IMG/VR virus record: IMGVR_UViG_3300018479_000131
DNA length: 6,405 bases
Strand: one strand, 5' to 3'
Origin: a virus
Taxonomy: Duplodnaviria > Heunggongvirae > Uroviricota > Caudoviricetes
Below the pieces are notes generated by a model that saw only the letters and a program-made list of their open reading frames with translations, had not been told where the DNA came from and ran no database searches. Of the stretch, positions 6,227 through 6,405 are shown piece after piece (position 1 is the first letter of the stretch; each line of letters starts with the position of its first letter). The position numbers and the translations under genes were made by a program.

Positions 6227-6405
6227 ATGTCAACTAAGAACAGAACCCGCAGAACAACAACCCGCAACATCCGCTTTCCTAACCAAATGATTGAACAAAT
6301 TAACATCGCTCTTGAGCAAAAAGGGTCTGGGAATTTCTCAGCCTGGGTCATTGAAGCCTGCCGTCGGAGACTAACGTCAGAAAAGAGAGCATATACATCA
6401 ATCCA
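6227..6405 (+). CDS. Small basic protein, 3'-truncated at the window end; resembles the DUF3950 YlcI/YnfO family of lambdoid prophages; possible ribbon-helix-helix DNA-binding fold
   Basis: ATG at 6227 opens a frame with no stop to the window end, translating as MSTKNRTRRTTTRNIRFPNQMIEQINIALEQKGSGNFSAWVIEACRRRLTSEKRAYTSI. The six-frame track omits it because it has no stop. The pattern is basic N-terminus, short beta-like strand (NIRFP), helix, Gly turn, helix. In E. coli K-12 prophages, ylcI and ynfO lie next to Nu1 homologues (noh genes) as I recall. The ribosome-binding site is weak (GGGG about 8 nt upstream). Confidence 0.55.
   Translation, partial: MSTKNRTRRTTTRNIRFPNQMIEQINIALEQKGSGNFSAWVIEACRRRLTSEKRAYTSI

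Noticed and set aside
1-6405. A novel defence, toxin or other accessory system within the window
   Set aside because: Every large ORF from 124 to 5846 is accounted for by the conserved lambda-type Nu1-A-W-B-C(-D) module with overlapping gene boundaries, leaving no room for inserted cargo. The only unexplained coding capacity is the truncated small gene at 6227-6405, reported as a finding. No integrase, att site, tRNA or transposase is visible.

Overview
This window is the head-morphogenesis and DNA-packaging end of a lambda-like (lambdoid) phage or prophage, most likely enterobacterial. It does not appear to contain a novel system. All large ORFs are on the minus strand in the canonical lambda order and are translationally coupled: cos, terminase small subunit (Nu1-like), terminase large subunit (gpA-like), gpW-like, portal (gpB-like), prohead protease/scaffold (gpC/Nu3-like) and the first 22 codons of a gpD-like decoration protein. 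A complete cos site (cosQ-cosN-cosB) lies just upstream of the Nu1 start, followed by an AT-rich palindrome-rich intergenic region and a truncated plus-strand gene for a small basic protein. Points worth a second look are an Illumina adapter remnant at bases 1-20, a triplicated scaffold-domain repeat in gpC, a strong internal ribosome-binding site inside gpC, and the truncated small gene beyond cos. All homology statements come from reading the translations against lambda proteins and cos as I recall them; no database search was run.
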